Below, piece by piece: positions 41,566 through 53,919 of a stretch of 64,000 bases of DNA. The DNA is from Marsupella aquatica. Taxonomy: Eukaryota; Plantae; Marchantiophyta. The position numbers and the translations under genes are program-made. A model generated the notes under the pieces. It was not told where the DNA came from and ran no database searches. It worked only from the letters and a program-made list of their open reading frames with translations. Numbering within the stretch: the first letter of the stretch is position 1; the number at the start of each line of letters is the position of its first letter. The stretch spans positions 3,431,455-3,495,454 of the forward strand of contig OZ316899.1 in NCBI GenBank assembly GCA_973895155.1, in the 5' to 3' direction.

Positions 41566-42478
41566 CGGCGGAGTAGGAATAGATTAGGATTAGGATTGGC
41601 TTAGTCAGGCTCTTGGGACAGGCACCTGCCTTAGGTACAGTAGCGCTGCCCTACTATCCAGCCTGCGTAGATTAGGATCTTCTAATAAGACACAGCCGTT
41701 TTCCGGCCTGACTGTCAGCTTAGTTAGGACCTTAGTCAGCGAATCTTCGGCGAGAGGACACCCCGTTCCTCGGCTCTTAGTATTTAGTGCACCCCTCGGT
41801 AGAGGCAAGGGGGGGGGGTTTTTAGTTTCAGAGTCGGACATCCGCGGGACATGCGGGGAGTCCCGACCTCTGGGAATGACAGAGTACCAAGGGGAGGGGG
41901 TAGGACTAAGCTCGCCGGGCGAGTGCGGAGCCGGGCTCCGTTGTAGTGTGCACCCTCGGCCTTGAACCTGTGCATTCCAGGGCTGTCGTGTCAACTAAGT
42001 GTACGCATATGTTCCCTTTGTAGTAAAATCCTTTCCCATCATTTTCCTTCGTGTAAATCGAGATTGTATGCATGTGTGTGCATATGTGTGTGGGTTTCTC
42101 GTATATGGGTGGCAGCGCCAGGCCGAACGCACTACCCGAGACGTGCACAGGGTGCAGCCTGCGGGTAAGTGGTTGCGAGCACGGGTTGAGGACCTGTATC
42201 ATCGAATCCGGATCGAAGGCGGACAACACGAAGGCTTAGAAGCCCTTAAGCCGGGGTTGATCCTGCTATCGACTAAGGTACGTTCCGGCGGCGAAACACA
42301 AACCATACCTAGGTGGTGTTTGTATTTAGCAGTATGCGCACTTAGCGCTAGTTTACGAGAATAAGGTGCATTACGTGCTTCCCTTCCTGCCCGAACCCTC
42401 AGATTTACGAGGGATGTGCCCGTCTAAGCTGAAGTCTGAGTTAAGGCCGAAGCCTACGACGTGACATAGCCTTTGTTT

Positions 42479-42496
42479 TGGCGCTAGATGGAGGGG
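42479..42496 (+). promoter_or_regulatory. Primer-binding site of B (identical 18-mer to A)
   Basis: TGGCGCTAGATGGAGGGG 12 nt after the LTR end. Confidence 0.8.
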
Positions 42497-42589
42497 GCAC
42501 TCTACATATCGTAGAGGGGAGACATGTGCGTATTCACCTAGGCAGGATACATCAGGACGTAGTACTAACCATTGCATTTATATGAGTAA

Positions 42590-43359
42590 ATGCCCGTCAC
42601 TCGTTCTCAAGCAGCTTACTTGAGGAGATTGACCAGCGAACGAGAAAGTGCAACCACAACAAGCTCCGACTCGTCGGGCTCGGAGGACTCGCAATCGTCC
42701 CGACGTATGAACATACCCCCGGGATCTTCGGGGTCCGGTTCGACCGGCCCTGCTGCGGTTCCACCACCACCACCACCACCACCACCACCTATGGCAGCCG
42801 CTCCACCGGTGGCCCGCGCTGCTCAGGCGCCTCCACAAATATCACAACGATCGCGATTTCATTATCGACCTTTCAAAGGGCGTCATGGGGATGATCCGGA
42901 TGAATGGTTGGATGAGTTTGAAGCCACTGCTAAAGCTAATGGGGAAGACGCCATTAAGCTAACCGTCCTCCCGGGAGTGATGCGGGGAGAAGCTCGTCCA
43001 TGGTACAACTCGTTACCACCCGGGACTACCTGGGCACAATTCCAAGCTGCATTGCTGCAGGAGTTTCGTGCCATTGGATCAGAACAGCGTTCTCTATTAA
43101 AGATTGGCCAGCTTCGCATGGGAAAAAAAGAGTCCCTGCGGAAGTTCATTCATAAGTTTCAGAAACTTGCGGCCAAGATCCCGCCCAGGCCAGGAGACGC
43201 GCTCCAGCTTACATGGTTCCTTCATGGTTTGCCCACGAATATGCAATTCTGGGTACACCAGAATAATCCAATTTCAATGCAGGCGGCCATAGCGTGCGCC
43301 GAAACTTACCGGGAATCCACCTATAACTCCCGACGGAGCCAGCGAGCACGCCGCAAGAA
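42590..43359 (+). pseudogene. gag: gag of B, 3'-truncated
   Basis: ISQRSRFHYRPFKGRHGDDPDEWLDEFE aligns with A gag; the sequence switches to antisense A integrase at 43360. Confidence 0.9.
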
Positions 43360-46300
43360 CCTGGAAACCTACTATACCTACTGTCATAAAGTAGCACAAG
43401 ATCACCGGTATGAATACTAACTACTTTCAACTTTTTATCATACTGCTGCTTCATGATATTCTGTCTATATTCTACTCTCTCGGCTGAAATCATTCTCGCT
43501 TCCTCTAAAGCTTCTAACCTATATTCTCGCTCCTTTAGGCTCTCCTCCGCTGAGGCTCTTTCCTCAATTGTAACTTGAAATGTCGGTATCTCAAGTTGCA
43601 TGGGTACCAGGGCTTCTTGTCCAAAGGTTAAGAAGAAGGGTGTATGACCGGTAGTGGATTTATAGGCAAGATTGTAAGCAAAAACAGCAGCAAACAATTT
43701 ATCGTCCCAATCAAGTTTGTTCTGAGCTACTGTTTTGTTCAATATCTTTCCTATAATTCCGTTTGCTCGTTCTGTCAACCCGTTTGCCTTTGGATGGTAG
43801 GGAGTAGTAGGCCTATGTTTAACTAAATACTGCTCATTTAAACGACTAATTATATCATTCAAAAAATGGGTTCCTCTATCACTAACTAATTCTAGGGGTG
43901 CTCCATACCTGGTGAAGATCTGCTCATACATGAATCTAGCCGTAGTAATTGCATCATCCTTCGTTGTTGGTCTGGCCTCTACCCATTTAGTTGCATAATC
44001 CGTAGCCAGGATTATGTACTTGTTCCGTCGAGGGTGGGTCAGTGGTTTCAGAGGTCCAATGTAATCAATACCCCACTTCTCGAATGGTGCCAGAGGTAGA
44101 ATAGGGTGCAGTGGATGCCTGGTGGACGCCCTTGGTCCTCCCGCTCGTTGACAAGGATCGCATTGTTTGATAAACTGATAGACATCTTTGTGCAAGGTGG
44201 GCCACCAGTAACCGGCATTTAATATCTTCTTAGACGTGGTTACTGGGGCAAAATGTCCTCCGGCCTCCTCTCCATGCATGGCCCGTAGGACTCGTTTTAC
44301 CTCTCTCTTTTCCAAACATCTTTGAATCGTGTCGTTGATTCCATGCTTGTGCAGTATGCCTTTAATGCACTGATACTGTCTGACCTTCCGCACAAAGACT
44401 GCGGCTTGCTCTCGGCTTAATCCTGGCTGTAATCTGGAAGTGCTAAGAAATTGTAAAATCTCAGGGTACCATGTACCAGCTATTTCCACAACGAATAGCT
44501 CCTCGTCGGGGAATCAATCATCGATGCAATCCGTGGCAGGTTTACCTGTGATCCTTGAAAAGAAGTCGGCATTGGCATGTAACTTTCCCGGCTTGATTCT
44601 CAGCTCATAGTCAAACTCCTGTAATAGCAAAATCCATCTTGCTACTCTGCCTGTAAGGTCCGGCTTATTGACTAGGTACTTCAAACTTTCATGATCGGTA
44701 TGAAAGATTACCTTGTAAACTAGTAAATAATGCCTAAACTTTTTACAAGAATAAATGACTCCTAATGCTTCTCTTTCCGTGGTAGAGTAGTTCCGTTCGG
44801 CATCGGCAAGCTGACGGCTTGCGAAGTATATGGGATGGTCCCTTCCTTTTTCATCCAACTGACTTAGTACTGAGCCAATACAGAAGCCCGAGACATCTAC
44901 AAAAACATGAAAATCTTTGTTCCAGTCCGGTGCTATCATGACTGGGGCCTCTACTAACATCTGCTTCAATTCTACCACCGCTGTGACTCGTTCGGGTGTG
45001 GGTTCGAAGTCTGCTCCTGCCTTGAGCATGTTGGTTAATGGTAAAGCTAGCTTGGCAAAATCCTTGATGAACCGGCGATAGTAACCAATGCATCCCAAGA
45101 AGGATCTTACATCCTTTATGTTCTTAGGTTGCATGATATCTAGCCATACTGCTAGCTTACCTTTGTCAATCTCAATGCCCTTCCTTGATACCTTGTGACC
45201 TAGTAGCACCCCCTCGGTTACTGCAAAGAAACATTTATCTGGGTGTAACTTGAGACCCACCTCTCTACATCTCATGAAGGTTTTCCTGAGGTATTTAGCA
45301 TGTTTCGATGCCTTCCCGAATACTGCAAAGTCGTCAATGAAGATTTCCATGAACTTTCTCAAGTAATCATGAAAAATGTTCACCATTAATCGTTGAAACA
45401 TAGCTGGTGCGTTGCAGAGTCCAAACGGCATACGATTGAAGACATAGATTCCCCATTCCGTGATGAAGGCCGTCTTGATTTGGTCTTCCTGCCGAATCCT
45501 GATTTGGTTATAACCAGAGTATCCATCCATGAATGAATATAGTTCATGACTGGCTACCATGTCTAGTACCATATCAGTAAACGGTAAAGGAAAATGGTCT
45601 TTTAATGTTGCTTCATTCAGCTTCCTGTAATCCTGACAAACCCGGATCTTGGGTTTACCATCGGGTCCAGCTTTCTTGGGAACTATCACAATTGGAGACA
45701 CCCAGTCTGAATGCAGGACTGGAGTGATGAATCCAGCTTCCACTAGTTTGTCGATTTCTGTTTTGACCAGCAGGGAATACTTCGGGTTCATCCTTCGAAT
45801 TGGTTGTCGAAATGATTTGGCTCCTAACATGAGATCAATTCGATGTTCCCCTAGTGTTGGATCTACTCCCTTTAGATCTTGGTGACTCCATGCAAACACA
45901 TCCTGAAATTCAATCAATAAGTCACTGATCTCTTTCTCGAGCTCAGGTGCTAGGTTTCTCCCTAAGTTCAGTTCTCTTCCCTCTCCTAAGTCGAGCTTCC
46001 GATATTGCCGTGCTTGGATCATATTAATCTGCTTCTTCAAATTCGGGTCCAGTTCGGCTTCTAGTCTCTCTCATCTCATGCCTCCATAAACTGGAATCTC
46101 GGCTGGACTAGCCGAGTCGATCCCTTCCTTGGTGTCCATAGATTGTCCCCTTGCCGGTCTATTCGGTTTTGAATTGGTGGTCGGCTCCCCTTCCTGCCTT
46201 GGCTCTGGATCGTGTCTGTCCATCTCATCCACCTCTTGCTCCTGAGAGTTAGGCCGTTGTGCTCTCTCGGCTTCTAATAGGGCCTCAATTTGTTCTGCCC

Positions 46301-46403
46301 TCGTAATCGGCTTGTATGTCGATCCCTTGGTATTTAATTCCTTGCCGATGATCGATGGCGTTGTGAACCCTGCCGGCTCTGCCACAACGCCTGCAGAAAA
46401 TCC
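43360..46403 (-). pseudogene. pol: pol of A copy 3 (stops at 46071 and 44514; 3'-truncated)
   Basis: RT-RH-INT fragments in ORFs 46071-46427, 44514-46040 and 43209-44489. Confidence 0.9.
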
Positions 46404-49327
46404 ACTGTCCCTGCTACTGCTCCCCACTTAGCCGTTTCATCCAATTGGTCTACATCCTTTACTTCCTCCGGAATTGCAGCTAAAAAGGTGGATTCTATTG
46501 TAAAGCAGTCCTCGACCTCTTCGTCTTCTTCTTCCAAGTCACCTTCCATTGGTTCTTGCCATAATCCGCTGGGGGGTACTTCTGGTCCAAAGACACCTTC
46601 TTCGGTTAGGTTAGTGAGGCATTCTAACCAACGTACTTCATCGGCTGACTCCAGTCCACTGTCGTACCCATCTACTTCCCTTATGCTTTTCCTACGGTCA
46701 TCCTTACTGTCCCAGGATACCGTGATAGAGGGGGTCCCGAAAGTGAACTGCTTTTTACCCCAATCTTCTATTACCTCGGCTAGGTACAGCCATGGCCTAC
46801 CAATCAATAGCCGGAATGACGTAGGATTTACCGGCTTCATTACTACATAGTTAATGCTAAAGAAGATACCTCCTATCTCTGTCTTGATGCCGGTTAACAC
46901 TCCCGTGGGAATGACCTGATATCCATTGGCCATGTTCAACACTCTTCCAGTCATCTCCGGTGTTAGACCCCACCCTTTTGCTGTTGAATCAATCATAATA
47001 CATACCCCTGATCCTCCATCGATGGGTACCCGTAGTAATAATTCTCCTTGAATCATTAAGGGTAATGCTGGGGCTCCTTGATCTTCTTCTATCATTAGTA
47101 CGTCGGATCTGGTTGCTACCTTGGGTAACCTCAGCTTGCCGAGAATAGCCTTCCTTAATTGTTTCCGGAAGTACGGGCTATTTTTCAATAGTTGACCTAC
47201 TGTTGCCGAGACTCTAGATTCTAGTACATCTTTAGCCAGGTCATAGGGAACAATCGGCTTCTCCTCTGGTGGTGTTTCCGTCTTGGATTCGGCCAGTTTT
47301 GCCACGCTAGTCTCCACAGCTGTTGGGTCTTCCGAAGCAAACAATGCTTTTGCTCGTTTTACATCCTTGGCAATGGCTTCGGTATTCTCCAGGGTTTCTA
47401 ATTCTCTTAGTTGTTCCTTAACACTAGCCGTAACAGAGGGGTAGAACAACTTAGGATGATCTCGATTGAAGTCGCTATCTTGTGAAGGATTGGTTTCACT
47501 GGTGGGCTCATGGCTTACCTGTATTGCCGGAGCCCTCCCTTCTCCTTCTGTTGATGTTGACGAAGAGTCGATCCTTTCCTCCGTAACCTTCCCTTTATTT
47601 TTGGCCAGCCCATCCCACCTTTCCTTCCTTCTGGTAGATCGAGTAGAGACCCGGTAGCAATCATGATCTAAATCCTCCTCTGAGAAGGTTGATAGGGCTT
47701 CGGCCTCATCATCAGATGGTACGAACTCTGCCTCGGCATCCTCTTGCCATCCTAGTTCGATGTGGTTGATTTGAACTCCTCCGGGGGTAGTACCTGGCGG
47801 TAAGATCTTGATCGGCAAAAGCTTATGATTTGCGGCCAGGCCTGCCAACCAAGTAGGACATTGCCCTAGCATATGACCTTCCTGTCGGCATCCCATACAT
47901 AGCTGAGCTGGTTGTCCATCACCCTGTTTGCGTGCATTCGGGCATTCTCTAGCAAAATGGCCAGGTTGACCACAATTATAGCACGCCGCAAATCTTTGCA
48001 CATTCGGCCTAGGAGGTACTGACGGGTTCTGAATAATCCGAGGATACATCTCTCCTGGATTGTTCCTTAACCCTGACCATAGAGATGCAGGTCTGTTGGA
48101 TAGGTCTCGTGCTCCAGTCTCACTGATGCCGAAAACACTATCAGCGGCATCTCCTAAAAAGTACTCTACTTCTCCCTGACATGGTCTGATCTCGGCCACA
48201 TGCCGAACATGATTAGTATTAAGCTTAGGACACGCATCTTTATGGTGTCCGGTTTTATAACATAAGGCACACCATACAGAGCTATCCTCCTGTACTACCT
48301 TCTTCTTTGGTTTTACCTCTGCAATGATAGCCTTAAGTTGCTCGGTAAGGGCTACGATGTTATCTGGTGGCTTAGCCTCCATCTTGACTTTCGTCTTCCC
48401 TCTCCTTCTGCCCTTCCTTTTCCTAGTTTTTTCTTCTTCAGAACTAGAAGATGACTCACTCTTGCTACTCCCACTATCCGAGCATGACTTATCACTTCTA
48501 GACTTCTTAGAATGTTTCTTCTTCTTATCTTTTTTCTTATGGGGTGATCCCTCCTCTGATGAGGAACTCTCAGACTTAAGCTGTTTCTTCCGGCTTGTGA
48601 TATCTGCATTAATGTATAATTGAATATCCTTAATTGCTTCGGCTAAAGTCTCTGGGTTCTCCTTCCTAATTGCAAAACTCATCTTCTGTGGCAAAGCATT
48701 CACCAACCATTGAAGTTGCATACCTTCAGATGCATTGGTCTTTGTACGTCTTACCAGTTTCTGAAAGCGTTGCAAGAACTTCCTGAAGGATTTGTTCTCC
48801 TTGAACCGAAGTTGTCCCAACTTCAGCACTGCTAGTTCTGAAGTTCCAATGGGTCGAAACTCCTTAACAAAGAGTGTTTTGAAGATATCCCAGATGGCTT
48901 GATCTTCCACATCTAATGCTCTGTACCAAGGCCTAGCCTCACCCTTGAACAGGTCGGGAAGAATCTGCATCTTGATGGCCGATTCTCCATTTGCTGCAGT
49001 GGTTCCCTCGAAATCATCCAACCATTCGTCCGGATCCTCATCTCCTCTCCCATGAAATGCCTTGTAATGTATGCGCGACCGCTGGCTCAATCTGGTCCCT
49101 GGCCTCTCGTCTGGCCGTGCCTCTGGTTCCCCCATGTCGGTTGGAGACTCACTTCTCCTTACCGACTCTTCTTCTGGTATGTCTTCTTCGACACCACTTC
49201 CAGTTTCGGAGCTACCAGCTCTTTCTGCCCCTCTCAGTCGCTGTGTATCATGCCACCCGGCGAGCTGCTGCAGTCGAGCTCTCTCCCGTTGAATCACTCT
49301 TTCTTCCCTCGGCGTAAGGTCAGTCAT
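46334..49327 (-). CDS. gag: Gag-protease polyprotein (997 aa), copy 3
   Basis: Same motifs as the other copies; frameshift heptamer at 46397-46403 with the stem conserved. Confidence 0.92.
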   Translation of the reverse strand: MTDLTPREERVIQRERARLQQLAGWHDTQRLRGAERAGSSETGSGVEEDIPEEESVRRSESPTDMGEPEARPDERPGTRLSQRSRIHYKAFHGRGDEDPDEWLDDFEGTTAANGESAIKMQILPDLFKGEARPWYRALDVEDQAIWDIFKTLFVKEFRPIGTSELAVLKLGQLRFKENKSFRKFLQRFQKLVRRTKTNASEGMQLQWLVNALPQKMSFAIRKENPETLAEAIKDIQLYINADITSRKKQLKSESSSSEEGSPHKKKDKKKKHSKKSRSDKSCSDSGSSKSESSSSSEEEKTRKRKGRRRGKTKVKMEAKPPDNIVALTEQLKAIIAEVKPKKKVVQEDSSVWCALCYKTGHHKDACPKLNTNHVRHVAEIRPCQGEVEYFLGDAADSVFGISETGARDLSNRPASLWSGLRNNPGEMYPRIIQNPSVPPRPNVQRFAACYNCGQPGHFARECPNARKQGDGQPAQLCMGCRQEGHMLGQCPTWLAGLAANHKLLPIKILPPGTTPGGVQINHIELGWQEDAEAEFVPSDDEAEALSTFSEEDLDHDCYRVSTRSTRRKERWDGLAKNKGKVTEERIDSSSTSTEGEGRAPAIQVSHEPTSETNPSQDSDFNRDHPKLFYPSVTASVKEQLRELETLENTEAIAKDVKRAKALFASEDPTAVETSVAKLAESKTETPPEEKPIVPYDLAKDVLESRVSATVGQLLKNSPYFRKQLRKAILGKLRLPKVATRSDVLMIEEDQGAPALPLMIQGELLLRVPIDGGSGVCIMIDSTAKGWGLTPEMTGRVLNMANGYQVIPTGVLTGIKTEIGGIFFSINYVVMKPVNPTSFRLLIGRPWLYLAEVIEDWGKKQFTFGTPSITVSWDSKDDRRKSIREVDGYDSGLESADEVRWLECLTNLTEEGVFGPEVPPSGLWQEPMEGDLEEEDEEVEDCFTIESTFLAAIPEEVKDVDQLDETAKWGAVAGTVDFLQALWQSRQGSQRHRSSARN

Positions 49328-49396
49328 TACCTACGCTTCCGTTCTAACTTCATATCTCACGGCTTAAGAAATGCCCCCTCCATCTAGCGCCAAAAA

Positions 49397-52300
49397 TGTG
49401 GTGCGTCCCATGGCTCCCTAAACCCAAGAAACCCCCCAGCTCAAGCCGATTCCCGCGGGTTTTGCGCTTGGCCAGGCCGTTTCCGCGGTTTAGCGGCATG
49501 GGACGCTGCTAACCTTCTACTACTACTATTAACATTTTACACACATATACTGGACAGATCCTTCATCGGGTCATGAGATACGTAGCCGGCCTAATCTAGG
49601 CCTTCCCCTGTCTTCCCCTCCGTCTTGTTAGGTATGTTTGGATTCCGCCGCCGGAATGATCCCCAATAGGCTTGGTTAAGCCGCTAAGACCTCTCTCAGC
49701 TCGACACATCCAACTCTCACTCCCCTGCTTACTTTCCTTCCTTTGGTTGATGTGGGCACTCTTCACACAAGTTAATGCGACACACAAAAAGCAAAATGAC
49801 TCATTCTGACTGAGTCATACCATGCACTTGCCATACAAACAGTACATCTCATACACAAGTTCTGCGAACTAAGCCGTGAGGCCAACTCTATTCAGCTCTT
49901 AGGCATGAGGAAACATGAATATACACAAGGGTCACTGTATGACTAACCGAGAGCTTCTCGTACTACTTGATCCCAGCCCGGCTGGTGCAAACTAAAAACT
50001 TGCTAAAGAAGAGGCCCTGAGCTCCCCGCTGCCCAGGTACTTATCCTGGTAGTGGATCCGCCATTCTTTGCATCGTAAGCCTAATCTACTTAACAGTAAT
50101 CTACTTGCCCGAATCTACCTATGTACAGCAAGGCAGGAACACAAGTGTTGCTCCTACCAGTGGGACCGCAATCCCACTAAGCTAAGTGTCAGGGCCGCTC
50201 CTGGTTCTGATCCTAATCCTAAACGTGGAGATCCGCGCTCGCCCTGCCCACTCACGCCTCCTCCCTCCACGTCCGCCCTCCCTAAAAGGAACGGCGCCCT
50301 TGCACCGTCACGACACCGGTGGTGGATCCTTAATGGACGCCCCCAACGCTTCCTCCTCAGCCACTGCCGTAGGCTCATTCCCTGACAGATTACCTGCCCT
50401 TGACTGAGTCAACTCTCCATCGGCCTGACTGGGTCCACCATCGGCGTCGGCATCGGCTCGGGAATCGGTTATGGCCTCAGCCTCGGCTACGGTCTCCCCG
50501 GCCTGCTCAAGAGGCGGATCTGGAATACCGGCCTCCTTACTGAGTAGTTCGGCTTGGGCCGCACCACCCCCACCTGTGATCATAGCGGGATCTATTGCCG
50601 TATTCATGTCGGAGGATGGTGCTGGTTCTACCTCTTTGGTCACCACGGCTTGTGGAGTCGGATTACTCCTTGACCCTGAAGGTTTCCGCTTTTTCTTCTT
50701 TTCTGGTTCGGCAGCTGGTCCCTTCCCCTTCCCACTTACTTCCGGCACTGGTGCAGTTGGCGCGGCTTTTTCTTCGGCCAGTACCACTCCTGGTAACTTG
50801 GTTGCCCCAATTGGAGTTGGGCCTGATGAAGACAAGCACTTAAATACTGCGGCTTGTTTCTTCAGCCGCTCCGTTTGGTTGTCGGCCCGCCGTTGGAGGT
50901 TCTCCATCTTCCTCGTGATTTCCTCCAACTCCTCCTGGGTCTCATCCAGGTCCTTGCGTGCCTCCTCTAGTTCCTTCTGGGCTTCCTCCCGTTCTTGTTT
51001 CAAGGTAGTCCTCTCCTCCTGGGTTGCTTTTAGCTCCTTGTCGAGCTCTGCAATGATGACAGACTCCATCTGGTTCATCTTGGCGTAAGTCTGTTCGAGC
51101 ATCTCGTCCTTCTCCCTTAGGTCGGCCTTGAAGCTGGCCGTCAGGGACGCAAGCTCCTGCTGTAGCGCCATAATCCCTTGATAGGATTTCCCTAACTCGG
51201 CCTCCTTCTGCTCAAGGGCTCCACGGATTTTCTCGAGCTCCCCTTTCAACGCCCATTCCTTTCTTTGGGTCTCCTCCATGGCCCGGCTGTTGGCTGTTAT
51301 GTGGGCCTCCTCTGTATTCTTCAGCTCTTGCTTCCACTTCTCCCTCTCTTTGATCGTGTCGGCCAACTCTCCCTGCGTCTGAGTCAGTTTATCCTTGATA
51401 TTCTGATTATCAGCCTGCGCGGTGTCCAACTGCCCCTGCATGATGTTCAGCTCATGTCGTTTAATCCGCAGTTCATCTTGGGCTTTCTTGGCCGCCCTTA
51501 GATCTTCAATCTCGGCTTCCATCCTCCTAAGCCGCCGAATGACCTCGTCCTTCTTGCTTCTCTCTAAAGCCACCGCTTCTTCTAATTGGTGCTTCTCCAA
51601 CTGCTCCCTATGGAAAAAGGGTCCTACCTCCAACTCCTCTCCAAAGATGCCGAGCGCAAGTTCCCCACACATCTCACCATACTCCATGGCTCTATTCTTA
51701 GCGTAGGTGGAGTAAGTAGAAGTGATCGGCATCGCCCATCGCGGCCTCTACTCCCAAGCCGTCCTGCGGATCTCTTCAATCGTGGCTAGAGGTTTGCTTC
51801 CTTTTTTGGCTAGCCGCCTGATGTCCTCCGGCCAATCTCCTCCTGGTAAATCCTTTTCCTTAGCCAGGGCTGCCTCCTCCTCCTGCTTGATTCGCTCCTG
51901 AAATTCCTGCACCGTCTGTTTTATGCCGTCGAAGCTCGGGGGAGCAACATCTGGTGGGGGAGACTCAGGGCTACTCTGCTGGTTGGGATCCCCTCGCACT
52001 ACCCTTGGAAGTGTGGGGACAAACCGGCCACAGGTCCTTACTCCTGGAACGTGATGGTCCGACCCATAGCCGGAATTATCATGGCTGCAGTCCTCCACTG
52101 CCTCCTCTACCTCTTGGACGTCCGGCTTCTCCCTCTCCTCTTCGTCGGTAGGAGCTTCAGGCAATTCTACCTCAGATTCGGAGCTTGAGGTTCCCACGTA
52201 CATTCGAACACCTGGCTTGGATTCCGGCCTGATTCTCTCCTTGTCTCCAGCAAAGGGGTTTTCTCTTGTGAGCCGGTGTAGGCCTACCTCTGTAGTAGTG

Positions 52301-53919
52301 TCCTGCATTGTTGCCGTTGCCGTTGTTGTTGCCGATGCCGATTTCTTTTCTTTCTCCAGTAGTTTCAGCAGACTCTGCATGCCTGGTTGCTGCATCGGCA
52401 AGTCCTCCTTCCTGGGCCTAAACACCTGCTCGATCGTAGGGCTAACAGGTGGTTGAGGCTTCTCAGCCAACGGCCTCGGCGTTGGAGCTTCCTCGGGTGC
52501 CCTTACCTGCAGGGGAAGTACCGGGGCAAAAGTCTGACCTCTGGCATACCGGCACAACAGCGGCATGTGATAGCCAAGCCGCGACACGCTCCCCATGCCG
52601 ATTACCTGCTGCTCCTCCTTTAAGATCTTCTTCAATTGGTTGAGGAGGTACCCGTTGTAGTCCCGGCTTGGGTCTGGCCTTTCTGCCAGATAGACCTGTG
52701 CCTTGCCGATCTCTGCCCTCGGCAAGTTACAATGCATGGTCACCCGCAAGAAGTCGATCATCTCTCCTATGTGCGGGTTGGTGCAGGTGTTCCGGAAGAA
52801 GCCATTCTTCGTTGATGGCCCGGGGAACGACCGGAACTCCTTGTCAGGCAAGGTCTTCCTGGTATCAACTTTGGTCTTATTGCCTATCGGCAAGCCAAAC
52901 ACTTCGGCAATTACCTTGGGAGTAAGATAGAAATCCTTCCCATATATCCTCGTGCAATTGGTCTCGGGTTCCCATGACCCCACGAATTCTAATAGGTCTG
53001 ACTCCGGTACCTCCGGCTTCAGCCATGGTAATCTTACAAAGGCCTCTAAGCCGGATCCGACCATGAAGCCTTGGTACTTCTTGGTCTGCATGGCCGTAAA
53101 GCATGCATCCTCCTCCCGTGCAAAATGTAGTTGCACCTCCACCGGTAGGGTTGCCGCCCAGCCCTTCCAGGTGTCATCCCTGGTTGGAATGGCCTTGATG
53201 GGATCGACCTCCTCCTCTTCGGCTTCTCCCTGCCTCCTGCTCTGCTGCTTCCCTTTAATTCCCAGTGTATGTCGTTGCAGTTCTTGATGGCCTCTCGGAT
53301 GCCGACGACGCTGTCTTTGCAAAACAGAAGATCGTCGAGTTGATTGGAAGTAGGCGTCCACAGGAACTCGTCCTTGATGAGTTCGCCTCCTAAGAAAGCC
53401 GTCTTCTGCAGCTCCCACAATCGAGCGAGCTCCTGCCGTTCTCGAGCTGCCCTTTCTGATTCCTCGTCCTCGTAAGTCTTGATGTACTCAGTTGCCCGTT
53501 CGAACAGGCATCCCCAGAAATGTGCTGCTTGATTGACGTTGCTCATACCCTCCTTAGGTCGATCATCGGTATCTACTCTCTCCCCGAGTGCTTGCCTAAG
53601 CAGCTGACAGTAGTTGGCCTCCCGTAGTCGTCTGCCTAGTTCGTGCTCGCAAATGAGCCACCATCTCCTGCAAGCGCTCCTTACCCCTCTCCTCTGCCGG
53701 TCCTTCTTCCCGTTGATCCTTCCTAGCCGCCGACGCTTAACGCGCCCTAACCCTAATCGGGTTTTCACCCTCAGCCTTACCTCCGGCCTCGGCCCGGGTT
53801 CCATGGTTGCCCCTAATTGTTTATATTTTCCTTGTTTTGTCCCTATACTAAGGTGTTCCTAGGGTGCCTTCCTGCTTTACCCACTTAACCGGCCGAGTGA
53901 TTCCTGTCTAGGCATCACA
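49397..53919 (-). repeat. 5' LTR of A copy 3 (4523 bp)
   Basis: Reverse complement of TGTGATG...GCACCACA; 136-bp and 3-bp deletions account for the shorter length. Confidence 0.93.
50308..53804 (-). pseudogene. LTR-encoded ORF of A copy 3 (frameshifting deletion near 53250, stop at 51748)
   Basis: Fragments 53046-53804, 51748-53418 and 50308-51732 rebuild the 1211-aa protein. Confidence 0.87.

Larger units (their letters stand above)
38445..42466 (+). repeat. 5' LTR of B (4022 bp)
   Basis: TGTGACG...CGTGACA between the TSD and the PBS. Confidence 0.95.
43360..53919 (-). mobile_element. Family A copy 3, antisense inside B, lacking the integrase end and the 3' LTR
   Basis: LTR, PBS (49375-49392), gag-PR and pol on the minus strand; ends abruptly within INT (SRFPG). 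Confidence 0.93.

Noticed and set aside
43360-43420. Cys/His-containing C-terminus of B gag (YYTYCHKVAQDH) and the odd tail of ORF 43209-44489
   Set aside because: Both are read-through across the deletion junction into antisense sequence of the other element.
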